From: an uncultured Desulfatitalea sp.
GTDB lineage: Bacteria; Desulfobacterota; Desulfobacteria; Desulfobacterales; Desulfosarcinaceae
NCBI GenBank assembly: GCA_963668675.2
Contig: CAXXMB010000002.1
Coordinates: forward strand, 224,001 to 288,000
DNA length: 64,000 nt
Direction of reading: 5' to 3'
A model generated the notes under the pieces. The model was given only the letters and a program-made list of their open reading frames with translations. It ran no database searches and had not been told where the DNA came from. The position numbers and the translations under genes are program-made. Of the stretch, positions 1 to 9,094 are shown in pieces; the first letter of the stretch is position 1, and every line of letters starts with the position of its first letter.

Positions 1-299
1 TGGACCAGAGCTTTAAAGCCAAGTGGAACCGCCTGCGAGCCGCCATGGCCGCCGGCGATGCCCAGGGTGCGCTCAATGAAATTTCCACACGCTCACGGGC
101 CAGCTACGCGTATCATTTCAACCTGTTACCGCAGCACCTGCCGGTGGCGGCGGAGGAGTTGAGTGATATCCGGATGGTCTACATCCGCGAAACATTTGCC
201 GAATACGAGATGATCTCCGTCTATCAAGGCCAGACCTATTCGTATCCGGTCAAGTTTATCCGCGACACCGACGGCGTCTGGCGGATTTGGGGATTTTAG
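1..299 (+). CDS. 3' end of a larger hypothetical protein, truncated by the window edge
   Basis: The frame stays open upstream of the track start at 45 (DQSFKAKWNRLRAAMAAGDAQGAL...F.RD.DGVWRI.GF). It resembles an NTF2-like C-terminal module of large surface proteins. Confidence 0.7.
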   Translation, partial: DQSFKAKWNRLRAAMAAGDAQGALNEISTRSRASYAYHFNLLPQHLPVAAEELSDIRMVYIRETFAEYEMISVYQGQTYSYPVKFIRDTDGVWRIWGF

Positions 300-401
300 C
301 TGCATCTTGGCAAAATGTACCATTTTTCGATCATTACGGGTTGCGGAAAAAATAAAACCACCAAACCATGTCCCAAGAACAACCGAAAAAGGGGATCCTG
401 A

Positions 402-2543
402 ATGCTTAAGAAAATAAAGACTTGCATAGCAGCGGCAACAATAAGCCTTGTGTTTGCAGGCCAAACTTGGGCGCTCGAAGGACGGAGCCACCAGATGATC
501 AATGAGCACATTATCGAGCACGGCGATCAATTCGGTCTCGATTTGGATCAATTCTTGAGAGATAACCTGAAGCTTGAATTTGGCGCTTTTACTTACTTGA
601 CAGCAAGCCAGGAGGTTATGACGGTTTCAGGTTGGTGCGGAAAAGGCGGTGAAAAGGAAGATTCTCCAGCTTCGCGAACTATTTACCATTTTCATGATCC
701 AACCAAAGAATTAGGCATAGCAGGTTTGCTCGACTCGGATCAATCGGCGGTACGTTGGGCCCAACAACAAAGTGATAATTTTTTGTTTGGGGGGAAGTAT
801 TCCTGGCAAGATGCCCGGCTTTTCTATTACAATGCATTAACTGCCACATCGACTGAAAATCGCGACGAGAGCCTGGCCAACGCGTTTCGTTCTATCGGAC
901 AGGTCATGCATCTTCTACAGGATATGTCCGTACCTGAGCATGTGCGCGATGACCCTCATATTTTAAACACGCTCATCGGCGGCTGGACCTCCTATTCCTG
1001 CTACGAGAAATATGTTCGCACCAAAGTAACCACTGCTGGTGACTTTCCTGACTTTACTGATAACTGGTTCGGTAACATACGTTTCTATGACCCAACGACA
1101 CTTATATCGCCAAGCGCGTTCGTAAGCGCCGCACCTATTCCGATCGCCAATTTGTTTGACAGGCATGCACTCGGTGGCTTCTTCGGGCTGCCCGATGATC
1201 CTACGTCCGGTCTTGCCGAATATACCAATCTGAATTATTTCTCGGATGATACTGTTCTATCGGAGGAGTACACATACCCCCGCATCGAAGATCTCGAATT
1301 CGTAGCGGCAATCCCTACGCAGATTTCAGGTGCGACAGCCCCGCGACGTTATTTGAAGGTCAGTGACGGCACAGCATTTGAAAAAGTGCAACGCCTTGCG
1401 ACGGCCAGTCGCTATTACGATTCCCTGATGGAGAATTATCCTGACGAAACAATAAAATATAGGTGGGTTCTCGATGACGATTGCTATCAGAATTATGCCC
1501 AGTTTTTAATTCCAAGGGCAATGGGCTATGCATCCAGCATACCAAGTTACTTTTTCCGCGGCAGGCTCGAAGTGGAATCGACCCCTTTTTTCAGCGACAA
1601 CAAACTCAGCAAAATAAGGCTCAAAATACGGAATGTCTCCCAGAGCCAGGAAGACTTCTCAGGCGGCACCTGCGCATTCTCGATCTCGTTCATGAATGAG
1701 GGTGGCAATACACGCATCCTGCTCCCGCTCATCAATTTTTCACTGCAATCTTTGCCCTATGACGAAGCGATTGTTATTGCCACCGATTTGCCACCTGACC
1801 TGAACTACACCATACCGACCTCTGAATATGAAAGCGTGCTCGGCATTCTGGCCCTGGCCGGCACCTTGGGCAATGAGGAGGGAGCCGTGATCGGCCACGT
1901 TTTCGACCTGGCTGGGAATATTCTTTTTAACGAAGAGTGGGAGAACGGGCTTAGCGGGAATCATCCCTGGCAGCACATGGAACAGACCGATCCCAACCGA
2001 CCCTACAACGGCAGCACACTCAACGAAACCGTCAGTGGGCCCAACCCGAGCGATCCCACTTTCCTGATCAAAGAGAATATCCGCTTTCAAGGCCAGGACT
2101 ATCACCAATGGAACAACACCTGGCTGACCGAGGAGGCGCTGGGCGGCATCATTTTGACGGAAAACACCTTCATGCAACTCAAAATCGACAATGTGGACAG
2201 CAGCAATTTACCGGAGGGCGAACACTCCCAGGGCCTCATTCTGAACATACAGGCCGGGGGTTTTCCCTTCACCCTGTTTATCCACCAACCGGGTCAGGGC
2301 TACTTCAACAACGCCGGGGTCCATAATCTGGTGACCTGGAGCTATGACTTCAACTCCGGTCCCATCGTTATCAATCTTCATACTCTGTTCACCAGCAACG
2401 GATTGCCGATACCGACCCACGTCAATTCCATCGAATTCTGGCAACAGATCGTAGACTATGCCACCCAGACCGCACCCGAGGACCAGATCCAGCACATGGA
2501 GATCGATTATCTTCGATTTGTGGAGTCGGTCAGTGAGGATTAA
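402..2543 (+). CDS. Secreted protein with a Zn-dependent phospholipase C/P1 nuclease-like N-terminal domain
   Basis: Signal peptide ending AGQTWA. Metal-ligand-like motifs SHQ, HFHDP, GQVMHLLQDMSVPEHVRDDPH and YEKY. Beta-rich C-terminal region. Confidence 0.7.
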   Translation: MLKKIKTCIAAATISLVFAGQTWALEGRSHQMINEHIIEHGDQFGLDLDQFLRDNLKLEFGAFTYLTASQEVMTVSGWCGKGGEKEDSPASRTIYHFHDPTKELGIAGLLDSDQSAVRWAQQQSDNFLFGGKYSWQDARLFYYNALTATSTENRDESLANAFRSIGQVMHLLQDMSVPEHVRDDPHILNTLIGGWTSYSCYEKYVRTKVTTAGDFPDFTDNWFGNIRFYDPTTLISPSAFVSAAPIPIANLFDRHALGGFFGLPDDPTSGLAEYTNLNYFSDDTVLSEEYTYPRIEDLEFVAAIPTQISGATAPRRYLKVSDGTAFEKVQRLATASRYYDSLMENYPDETIKYRWVLDDDCYQNYAQFLIPRAMGYASSIPSYFFRGRLEVESTPFFSDNKLSKIRLKIRNVSQSQEDFSGGTCAFSISFMNEGGNTRILLPLINFSLQSLPYDEAIVIATDLPPDLNYTIPTSEYESVLGILALAGTLGNEEGAVIGHVFDLAGNILFNEEWENGLSGNHPWQHMEQTDPNRPYNGSTLNETVSGPNPSDPTFLIKENIRFQGQDYHQWNNTWLTEEALGGIILTENTFMQLKIDNVDSSNLPEGEHSQGLILNIQAGGFPFTLFIHQPGQGYFNNAGVHNLVTWSYDFNSGPIVINLHTLFTSNGLPIPTHVNSIEFWQQIVDYATQTAPEDQIQHMEIDYLRFVESVSED

Positions 2544-2547
2544 TGAC

Positions 2548-2588
2548 CTCCGTCCCCTTTCCTCTCCGAGGAAAGGGAAGGGGCGGAG
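2548..2588. terminator. GC-rich hairpin (terminator or REP-like)
   Basis: CTCCGTCCCCTTTCCTC-TCC-GAGGAAAGGGAAGGGGCGGAG directly after the stop at 2543. Confidence 0.5.
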
Positions 2589-2608
2589 AATGAATCAAAG
2601 GGGAAATA

Positions 2609-4304
2609 GGGCTTAATGAATAAAGACTAATCTTTTGATATAATTATCTAAACATGCTATATTTTTAGAAATAAGTGTAAAGAAAACCCCCATCTTCGAC
2701 AAAAACCCTTGCACTCTTTCCCAGGAAAAAATGTATCGACATAACCAAAGACAGCTCCAATTTTGAAGGTTTTTATCTACCTTTCGGTGGCAAATTACGC
2801 AGTGGCAATCACTGGGTAAAGCTGGCCAAGTTCATACCGTGGGAAAAATTTGAACCTGCATATGCCAAGACCTTGGCCAGTCAAGATAAAGGACCTCCTG
2901 CGATGTCTGTGCGTGTGGCCTTGGGAACTCTTATCATCAAAGAGCGGCTCGGGACCAGTGATGAAGAACGGTTGAGCAGATCAGTGAGAACCCGTATCTC
3001 CAGAACTTTTTAGGTTTCGAATCCTTTAAACTCGAACACCCATTTGATCCATCCATGCTGGTTCATTTTCGTAAACGGCTGAGCATGGACTTCGTCTGCA
3101 AAATTAATGAACAGATCAATCAAAAGGCATTCGGCCAGAAAAAGGCCCAATCAGACCCATCCGATGATGACAATGATCAATCCAATAGCGGATCATCCGG
3201 GAAAAAGAACGTAAACCGAGGCAAACTCCTGATCAATGCCACCTGCACACCCGCTGACATTACCTTTCCGACGTATCTGAAAATTTTGAACACTGCCCGG
3301 GAAAAAAGTGAACAAATCATTGATGTCCTTCACAAGCCTCATAAAGGCATGATAAAAAAGCCGCGGACTTATAGCATTAGAACCCGTCGTGATTTTTTGG
3401 CTATTGCCAAAAGCAAAAAGGTGTCAAAGAACAAACTCCGAAAGGCCATCCGTAAGCAGCTTGGGTATCTTCGTCGGAACCTGAAAAGCATAGTGAAGCT
3501 ATCCGAAAAAAGCCCACTGCTGTTGCTGAGCAAACGCCAGTATCGAGACCTGCTGGTGATCCATGAAGTTTATCGCCAACAAAGATGGATGTACGACAAT
3601 AACCAGAACAGAATTGACGATCGCATTGTCAGCATCTCTCAACCTCATGTTCGGCCGATCAAGCGTGGAGAGGCAAAAGCATCCACCGAGTTCGGGGCTA
3701 AAATATCAGCAAGTCTGGTCGAAGGGTACACGTTTTTAGACCATCTGAGTTGGGACAATTTCAATGAATCGCTTGATCTGAAGCCCCAGATTAAGGCCTT
3801 TCACAAGCGTTTTGGATGCTACCCGGAATAGGTTCATGCAGACAAAATCTACAGAACTCGGGACGATATCAAATATTGCAAGAAGAACAACGTCCGTTTG
3901 TCAGGACCACCTTTAGGAAGACCTCCCAAAGAAAAAGAACTACAAAAAGAGATAAGAAAACAAACCCGTCAGGATGAACTTGATCGCATACCCATCGAGG
4001 GAAAATTTGGACAAGGCAAACGACGGTTCAGTTTGTCAAAGATCATGTGCAAATTGTCCGATACATCAGCATCAGCGATTGCGATAGCATTTTTGGTGTT
4101 GAGCCTTGAGAAATGGCTGGCAGCCATTCTTTTTTATCTCATTTCACTGCTTGATATACGCTCTTATGTGTCATTTAAAGGCCACAGGAGCCAAAATATG
4201 GTGCCATTTTCTTCATCTATCTATTGCTGGGAATGACAGTCCACCATATAAAAATTAGGTGTATTGCAGGGCAATCAAGGACTTTTAGATTATTCAGGAA
4301 GCCC
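2609..4304 (+). mobile_element. IS5-family insertion sequence, about 1.7 kb
   Basis: Terminal inverted repeats TAGGGCTTAATGAATAA (2607-2623) and TTATTCAGGAAGCCCTA (4290-4306), matching at 15/17. TA flanks both ends. Internal DDE transposase. Confidence 0.85.
2731..4236 (+). pseudogene. IS5-family transposase, inactivated
   Basis: ATG at 2731 (MYRHNQRQL). Frameshifts near 2762 and 2970 (FYLPFGGKL...IPW...LIIKERLG; ENPYLQ). In-frame TAG at 3829-3831 before HADKIY. Motifs RPIKRG...EFGAK and IEGKFGQGKRRF are kept. First catalytic Asp appears as Asn (LLINATC). Confidence 0.85.
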
Positions 4305-4316
4305 TAATTACTGGTG

Positions 4317-4401
4317 GTTCACCGCCGCACAGGCGGCTTAGAAATCACAATCGGGTCGGAAATATACGAGCATGTTCACCCGCTACACAGAAGCGAGGGA
4401 A
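4317..4401 (+). CRISPR. Orphan type I-F-like CRISPR remnant: one repeat, a 29-bp spacer and a degenerate repeat
   Basis: GTTCACCGCCGCACAGGCGGCTTAGAAA (4317-4344, 28 nt, CCGCC/GGCGG stem) closely matches the I-F repeat consensus. Spacer 4345-4373. Degenerate GTTCACCCGCTACACAGAAGCGAGGGAA at 4374-4401. No cas genes in the window. Confidence 0.7.
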
Positions 4402-4643
4402 CAGCTATGATCTTATGCCTTCACTTAGGTGGACCTGCGATATCCACTGGATTTCTGTAGGGATTTACGATTTTGTGAAACCACAGATATGTCTTTAGGA
4501 TCTCAGCAATATTGCGACTGGACAACCTTATGATTACATAGCGATATCGCATTGCCTGACCAAATTAGAACACTTTGCCAATAACACCAGTTAATGTTTA
4601 CGCGTAACTCGGTGTCCGACTCTACTGAACCACATTATCAACA

Positions 4644-4715
4644 CGTCATGACGGCCTTGAGCCGGAATCCAGAAATCATTTAAAAAACTGGATTCTGGCT
4701 TTCGCCAGAATGACG
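4644..4715. repeat. REP/RPE-like palindrome (GTCAT...GGAATCCAG...CTGGAT...ATGAC family), copy A
   Basis: Nested inverted repeats; related copies at 5620 and 40956. Confidence 0.75.
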
Positions 4716-4773
4716 AAAGAATCACTTTGAGTTTTTTTAAAACCTCACAATTTTCTAAGGTAGAATAATCGCC

Positions 4774-5163
4774 CTACTTTAACTTTTCGAGCATCTCCCC
4801 CATCATGCGATGGATCAAATTGATGGCTTTCAACGGACGAATCATCACTTTGAAATCGACAATCCTGCCATCCTCCCCCCAGGTGATCATATCCACGCCG
4901 TTGATGACGATGCCGTCGATCTCGGTGAGAAACTCGAGTACGGCATGGTTGTCGGAAGTAATTTCACGCAAGTATTTGAAGGTGCCGTTGTTGAGCACGT
5001 GCATGGCGGCTGCCAGGTAAAGCTTGGTGATCGGTTTGCCCTCTTGGGGTGTGTGTACGACCGGAGAGTGAAACACCACTTCATCTGCAAGAATGCGATC
5101 CAGCGCTGCTTCGTCTTTCGATGCCACCAATTCGTGCCAGGCTTTCAATGTGTTTTCTATCAT
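4774..5163 (-). CDS. SnoaL-like/NTF2-family protein, copy 1
   Basis: LADEVVFHSPVVH...GVD...DGRIVDFKVMIRP; protein identical to 8446-8835. Confidence 0.85.
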   Translation of the reverse strand: MIENTLKAWHELVASKDEAALDRILADEVVFHSPVVHTPQEGKPITKLYLAAAMHVLNNGTFKYLREITSDNHAVLEFLTEIDGIVINGVDMITWGEDGRIVDFKVMIRPLKAINLIHRMMGEMLEKLK

Positions 5164-5243
5164 CTTTCAATTCTTTCCTTTTTTCTTCTGGTTGACAGGT
5201 TGGTACAGCTTTCTTCTATGTACAAAAGCTTCAGCGCCGTTAC

Positions 5244-5268
5244 GGGCGGGCATGAAGCCCGCCCCTAC
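5244..5268 (-). repeat. GTAG-type REP palindrome (also at 8916-8940)
   Basis: Minus strand reads GTAG-GGGCGGGC-TTCAT-GCCCGCCC. Confidence 0.7.
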
Positions 5269-5325
5269 GAGGGCAGTGTGCCAAACGACTGTGTATCTTG
5301 GGGCTTGGTTTTATGCCCGACCGGG

Positions 5326-5422
5326 TCAGGAGGCAATGGCGTACTTTTGCCTGACCGCCTGGGCGATTTCACTGGTGATCGTCAGTGCGCGGTCCGCCTC
5401 TTCGGGTTTGAATATCACCAGG
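5326..5422 (-). pseudogene. Orphan 3' fragment of the MetE-like gene
   Basis: Copy of 8998-9094 (KPEEADRALTITSEIAQAVRQKYAIAS) with no 5' part. Confidence 0.8.
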
Positions 5423-5619
5423 CAATTGATGGAGGACGGACGATTGATGGTGGACGTGTATGTTTCTATGCATTTTTTGGAATACTGGGATTATATTGAT
5501 GAAAAAAGCATAAAAACATAGGCGTCCCCATACGCCCCCCAAACAACCAATTACATGAGTTCCAATAAAATTATCCGGTTCTCTATGAAGGTTAAGTTAA
5601 CATTCGAAATAGCAATTAG

Positions 5620-5692
5620 CGTCATTCCGGGCTTGACCCGGAATCCAGTATTTCCAATCTTTGCTGGATGCCGGATCAAGTCCGGCATGACG
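5620..5692. repeat. REP/RPE-like palindrome, copy B
   Basis: CGTCATTCCGGGCTTGACCCGGAATCCAG...CTGGATGCCGGATCAAGTCCGGCATGACG. Confidence 0.8.
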
Positions 5693-5804
5693 TTGCAGAA
5701 ATTTTCGACATGCCCTTTATCCTTTTCATTCAAAAAGGAAATTTCGGTCTGAACGCCCTATAGCTGGCCAACTTAATCTTCATAGAGAACCGGGTAAAAT
5801 TATT

Positions 5805-6023
5805 TTAATTACTGGCAACAAGTCTCAATGCGTTATCTTTCTGATTAGGAAACAAATCCGCCGGCACATTCGCTTTACCTATCTTTTTGAAAACAATATA
5901 CCTGGCGCATTCCGTGTTATCACCGAGACAATACTTTTTTTTTATCATTTCAGCAGTTCCAGGTTTATTTGCCATTTTGTCATTGAAAAAAGGACATGTG
6001 GGTAAGCATTCACAATTCGCCAT
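5805..6023 (-). CDS. Small Cys-rich hypothetical protein, probably metal-binding
   Basis: AAAGGAG ribosome-binding site. Pattern CECLPTCPFFND...KYC...CARY...VPADLFPN. Confidence 0.75.
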   Translation of the reverse strand: MANCECLPTCPFFNDKMANKPGTAEMIKKKYCLGDNTECARYIVFKKIGKANVPADLFPNQKDNALRLVASN

Positions 6024-6302
6024 ATCGGACTCCTTTCTGTTTTCCTGATCGTTAAGGCGTTAAACTCATCCCATTTATATGTTCGGCTGCCCACAGGCAA
6101 ACTAAAGAGAAATAATTTCTATTAACCTTCCAAACTAGTGCATGATTCACCGTTTTGGAGTACTTACTGGAAATTGCGCAATCAGAAGCATTCTTTGCTA
6201 TTAAAAAAATGAAGGGCATCGGCCGCCTGGTAGCACCAAATAGAAGCTTGGCTGAATTCCACAGGAGGGATTCTTTCGCGGTCAAATTTTGATCGGCAGT
6301 GA

Positions 6303-6575
6303 ATAAAGGAAATTTTCGATCACTCCAGGTCCAGATATGGATCCCGCCGAATCGTCAAACCGCTTCAGACCGATTGACTATAAATTGGCCGCTATAAGGC
6401 CGCTATAAGGTAGGACGAATCATGCGACAGATGGGACTTAAAGCCAACCCCCCCAACAAGGTCTGGACGGCCAATATCAGTTACGTGTGGACCTTTGAAG
6501 GCTGGTTATACCTGGCCGTCATCATGGATTTGTATTGTCGCTAAATCGTTGGCTGGTCCATGGACAAACGAATGA
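6303..6575 (+). pseudogene. IS3-family transposase OrfB remnant
   Basis: Reads IKEIFDHSRSRYGSRRI..., [16 protein letters not shown], then [36 protein letters not shown]. Internal deletion, stop, and an 11-bp tandem duplication GGCCGCTATAA (6387-6408). Confidence 0.85.
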
Positions 6576-6593
6576 GATGAGAAAAAGCAGTAT

Positions 6594-8297
6594 TTAAAAG
6601 TTGCTGAATTTTGTGCCTTGATCAACTCCCTTTGACCTATCGCTGCCTAGCTCGTTCTTTACCACCACGGCCAACTGTTCTATCGTATACGGCTTCCTGA
6701 CATAACCTCCGACGCCTAATGCCAAGGCGGTCTCAACGCGTTCGGATTGTGCGAACCCACTGACAATGATCGCCTTCAGGCCAGGCTGTATCGTGACCAC
6801 TTTCTCATATGTCTCAAGGCCATCCATGTGGCCTGGCATAATCATATCCAGCACCAGCAAATCAACCGGACGTTTACGCAAATATTCGATTGCTTCCTCA
6901 CCGCTGGATACAGATGTTACGTTGTATCTCAGTTTTTCTAGAATAGAAGAACATATATTTCTCTGCAACTCCGTATCATCGACGATAAGGATAGTTTCAC
7001 CATTGCCACAATATTTTTCCAACTCCCAGGGCTCTTCCGTCACGTCTTCATTATCCCTGGTCCCAGGGAAATAAAGTGTAAAAACGGTTCCTTTCCCAAT
7101 TTCGCTTTGAACGTCAACATAACCTCTATGATCTTTAACGGTTCCCCAGACGATGGCCAGGCCAAGCCCTGTTCCGCTTCTTCCCATAACCTTATTGGTG
7201 TAAAAAGGTTCGAAAATCTTTTCCAGATCCTCTTTTGCGATTCCTTCCCCGGAATCGGCAAACTGGACAGCGACATATTCGCCCTCTTCTGGAACTTCAT
7301 ACAGGCCGTCCGACTTGTCGATATATACATTCTTCGTGGATATGCTAAGTCGCCCTCCCGGCGCCATCGACTCAATGGCATTGGCCACCAAATTCATCAC
7401 CATTTTTGAAAGATGTACTGGAGAACCGACCATTCGGAACAAATTCGGCTGCAGATCCCTTTCAACCGTCATCTCAGGATACTCGGCCAACAGGTTCTGA
7501 TACTCAGGCGATTGAAGAAAGTTGGATAGGACCTTGTTCATATCGACCGTTTGGGCATCAACAATCCCCCTTCTGGCCAGTGTGAGCAGATCCTGAACGA
7601 CAGCAGCCGCTCTTTCACCGGATTGCTTTATCGTAAGAATGGGTTTCCTCAACGGACTGTCCTTCGGCATGTCGAGGAGAATCAATTCCGGATAATTCAG
7701 TATACCGCTCAAAATGTTATTGAGATCATGGGCGACACTGCCGGCCAGAATTCCCACGGCTTCCATTTTCTCTGCCCGTTTAAGACTGACTTCCAGATGC
7801 ATCTTTTCCTTATTGGCCCTCTCTCTTTCGACGATTTCCCGCTTGAGCTGTTCGTTACTCTCCTTAAGCGCTGCGGTTCGTTGAACCACCAGTTCTTCCA
7901 ACTCATCCTTGTATAACTGCAGCTCTTTTTCAAATTTTTTCCGCTCGTTGAGTTCTCCTCGCAATGCCTTCGTCAAATCACTGATTTTGCCTACGGATAG
8001 CGTCAACATCAGTGTGACGAAGTACATCGTCAATCCAGTAGAGACAAGATCATCTTTGGTCTGTCCCGCCATCGGAGCTAATATGCAAAGCATAGCGGAG
8101 TGAAGAAACCAGTATAAACAACCGCAGCGCAGTCCAATCAGCAGCCCTGCTACCAAAGGAAAGACACCTGATAAAATGAAAGCGCCGTCTCCTATTGTGC
8201 TTTGCAGTGGCAGAAAAATCAAACCAAAGAAGATTAGAAAGCCCGGAATGACAACAAGTGGCTTGGTGAGCTTTGAAACTATCGGTGCGGTTTTCAT
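6594..8297 (-). CDS. Membrane-bound hybrid sensor histidine kinase (TM-HisKA-HATPase-REC)
   Basis: Hydrophobic N-terminus; AHDLNN H-box; DSGEG; EPFYT; GTGLGL; C-terminal receiver (ILIVDD, LDMIMP, KP). Confidence 0.92.
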   Translation of the reverse strand: MKTAPIVSKLTKPLVVIPGFLIFFGLIFLPLQSTIGDGAFILSGVFPLVAGLLIGLRCGCLYWFLHSAMLCILAPMAGQTKDDLVSTGLTMYFVTLMLTLSVGKISDLTKALRGELNERKKFEKELQLYKDELEELVVQRTAALKESNEQLKREIVERERANKEKMHLEVSLKRAEKMEAVGILAGSVAHDLNNILSGILNYPELILLDMPKDSPLRKPILTIKQSGERAAAVVQDLLTLARRGIVDAQTVDMNKVLSNFLQSPEYQNLLAEYPEMTVERDLQPNLFRMVGSPVHLSKMVMNLVANAIESMAPGGRLSISTKNVYIDKSDGLYEVPEEGEYVAVQFADSGEGIAKEDLEKIFEPFYTNKVMGRSGTGLGLAIVWGTVKDHRGYVDVQSEIGKGTVFTLYFPGTRDNEDVTEEPWELEKYCGNGETILIVDDTELQRNICSSILEKLRYNVTSVSSGEEAIEYLRKRPVDLLVLDMIMPGHMDGLETYEKVVTIQPGLKAIIVSGFAQSERVETALALGVGGYVRKPYTIEQLAVVVKNELGSDRSKGVDQGTKFSNF

Positions 8298-8445
8298 TTC
8301 TTCTTTTCCGTTAAGTCGTCACCGCAAGCCTGACCCTCCACCTCCGATATACCTCATAAGGTTATCCGGACCAGCGCTCCAGGATATCCCCATGTCATCC
8401 AATCCGAAACAGGTTCCAAACGATCCTCATCTTTTTGATGGGGAC

Positions 8446-8835
8446 TTACTTCAATTTTTCGAGCATCTCCCCCATCATGCGGTGGATCAGATTGATGGCT
8501 TTCAACGGACGAATCATCACTTTGAAATCGACAATCCTGCCATCCTCCCCCCAGGTGATCATATCCACGCCGTTGATGACGATGCCGTCGATCTCGGTGA
8601 GAAACTCGAGCACGGCATGGTTGTCGGAAGTAATTTCACGCAAGTATTTGAAGGTGCCGTTGTTGAGCACGTGCATGGCGGCTGCCAGGTAAAGCTTGGT
8701 GATCGGTTTGCCCTCTTGGGGTGTGTGTACGACCGGAGAGTGAAACACCACTTCATCTGCAAGAATGCGATCCAGCGCTGCTTCGTCTTTCGATGCCACC
8801 AATTCGTGCCAGGCTTTCAATGTGTTTTCTATCAT
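8446..8835 (-). CDS. SnoaL-like/NTF2-family protein, copy 2
   Basis: Same protein as copy 1; lies downstream of the intact MetE-like gene. Confidence 0.85.
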   Translation of the reverse strand: MIENTLKAWHELVASKDEAALDRILADEVVFHSPVVHTPQEGKPITKLYLAAAMHVLNNGTFKYLREITSDNHAVLEFLTEIDGIVINGVDMITWGEDGRIVDFKVMIRPLKAINLIHRMMGEMLEKLK

Positions 8836-9094
8836 CTTTCAATTCTTTCCTTTTTTCTTCTGGTTGACAGGTTGGTACAGCTTTCTTCTATATACAAAAG
8901 CTTCAGCGCCGTTACGGGCGGGCATGAAGCCCGCCCCTACGAGGGCAGTGTGCCAAACGACTGTGTATCTTGGGGCTTGGCTTTATGCCCGACCGGGTCA
9001 GGAGGCAATGGCGTACTTTTGCCTGACCGCCTGGGCGATTTCACTGGTGATCGTCAGTGCGCGGTCCGCCTCTTCGGGTTTGAGCATCACCAGG
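8446..9094. repeat. Direct repeat, copy 2
   Basis: Near-identical to 4774-5422. Confidence 0.95.

Larger units (their letters stand above)
4774..5422. repeat. Direct repeat, copy 1 (about 650 bp; partner 8446-9094)
   Basis: Near-identical sequence at offset 3672. Includes the SnoaL gene, a REP and the 3' end of the MetE-like gene. Confidence 0.95.

Noticed and set aside
3829..3831. In-frame TAG as possible pyrrolysine or readthrough
   Set aside because: The same transposase has frameshifts and a catalytic substitution, so decay is the simpler explanation.
5423..5545. TTGATGG(A/T)GGACG doublet and CGTCCCCATACGCCCCCC as a possible att site
   Set aside because: Too short, with no matching tRNA end or integrase in the window.
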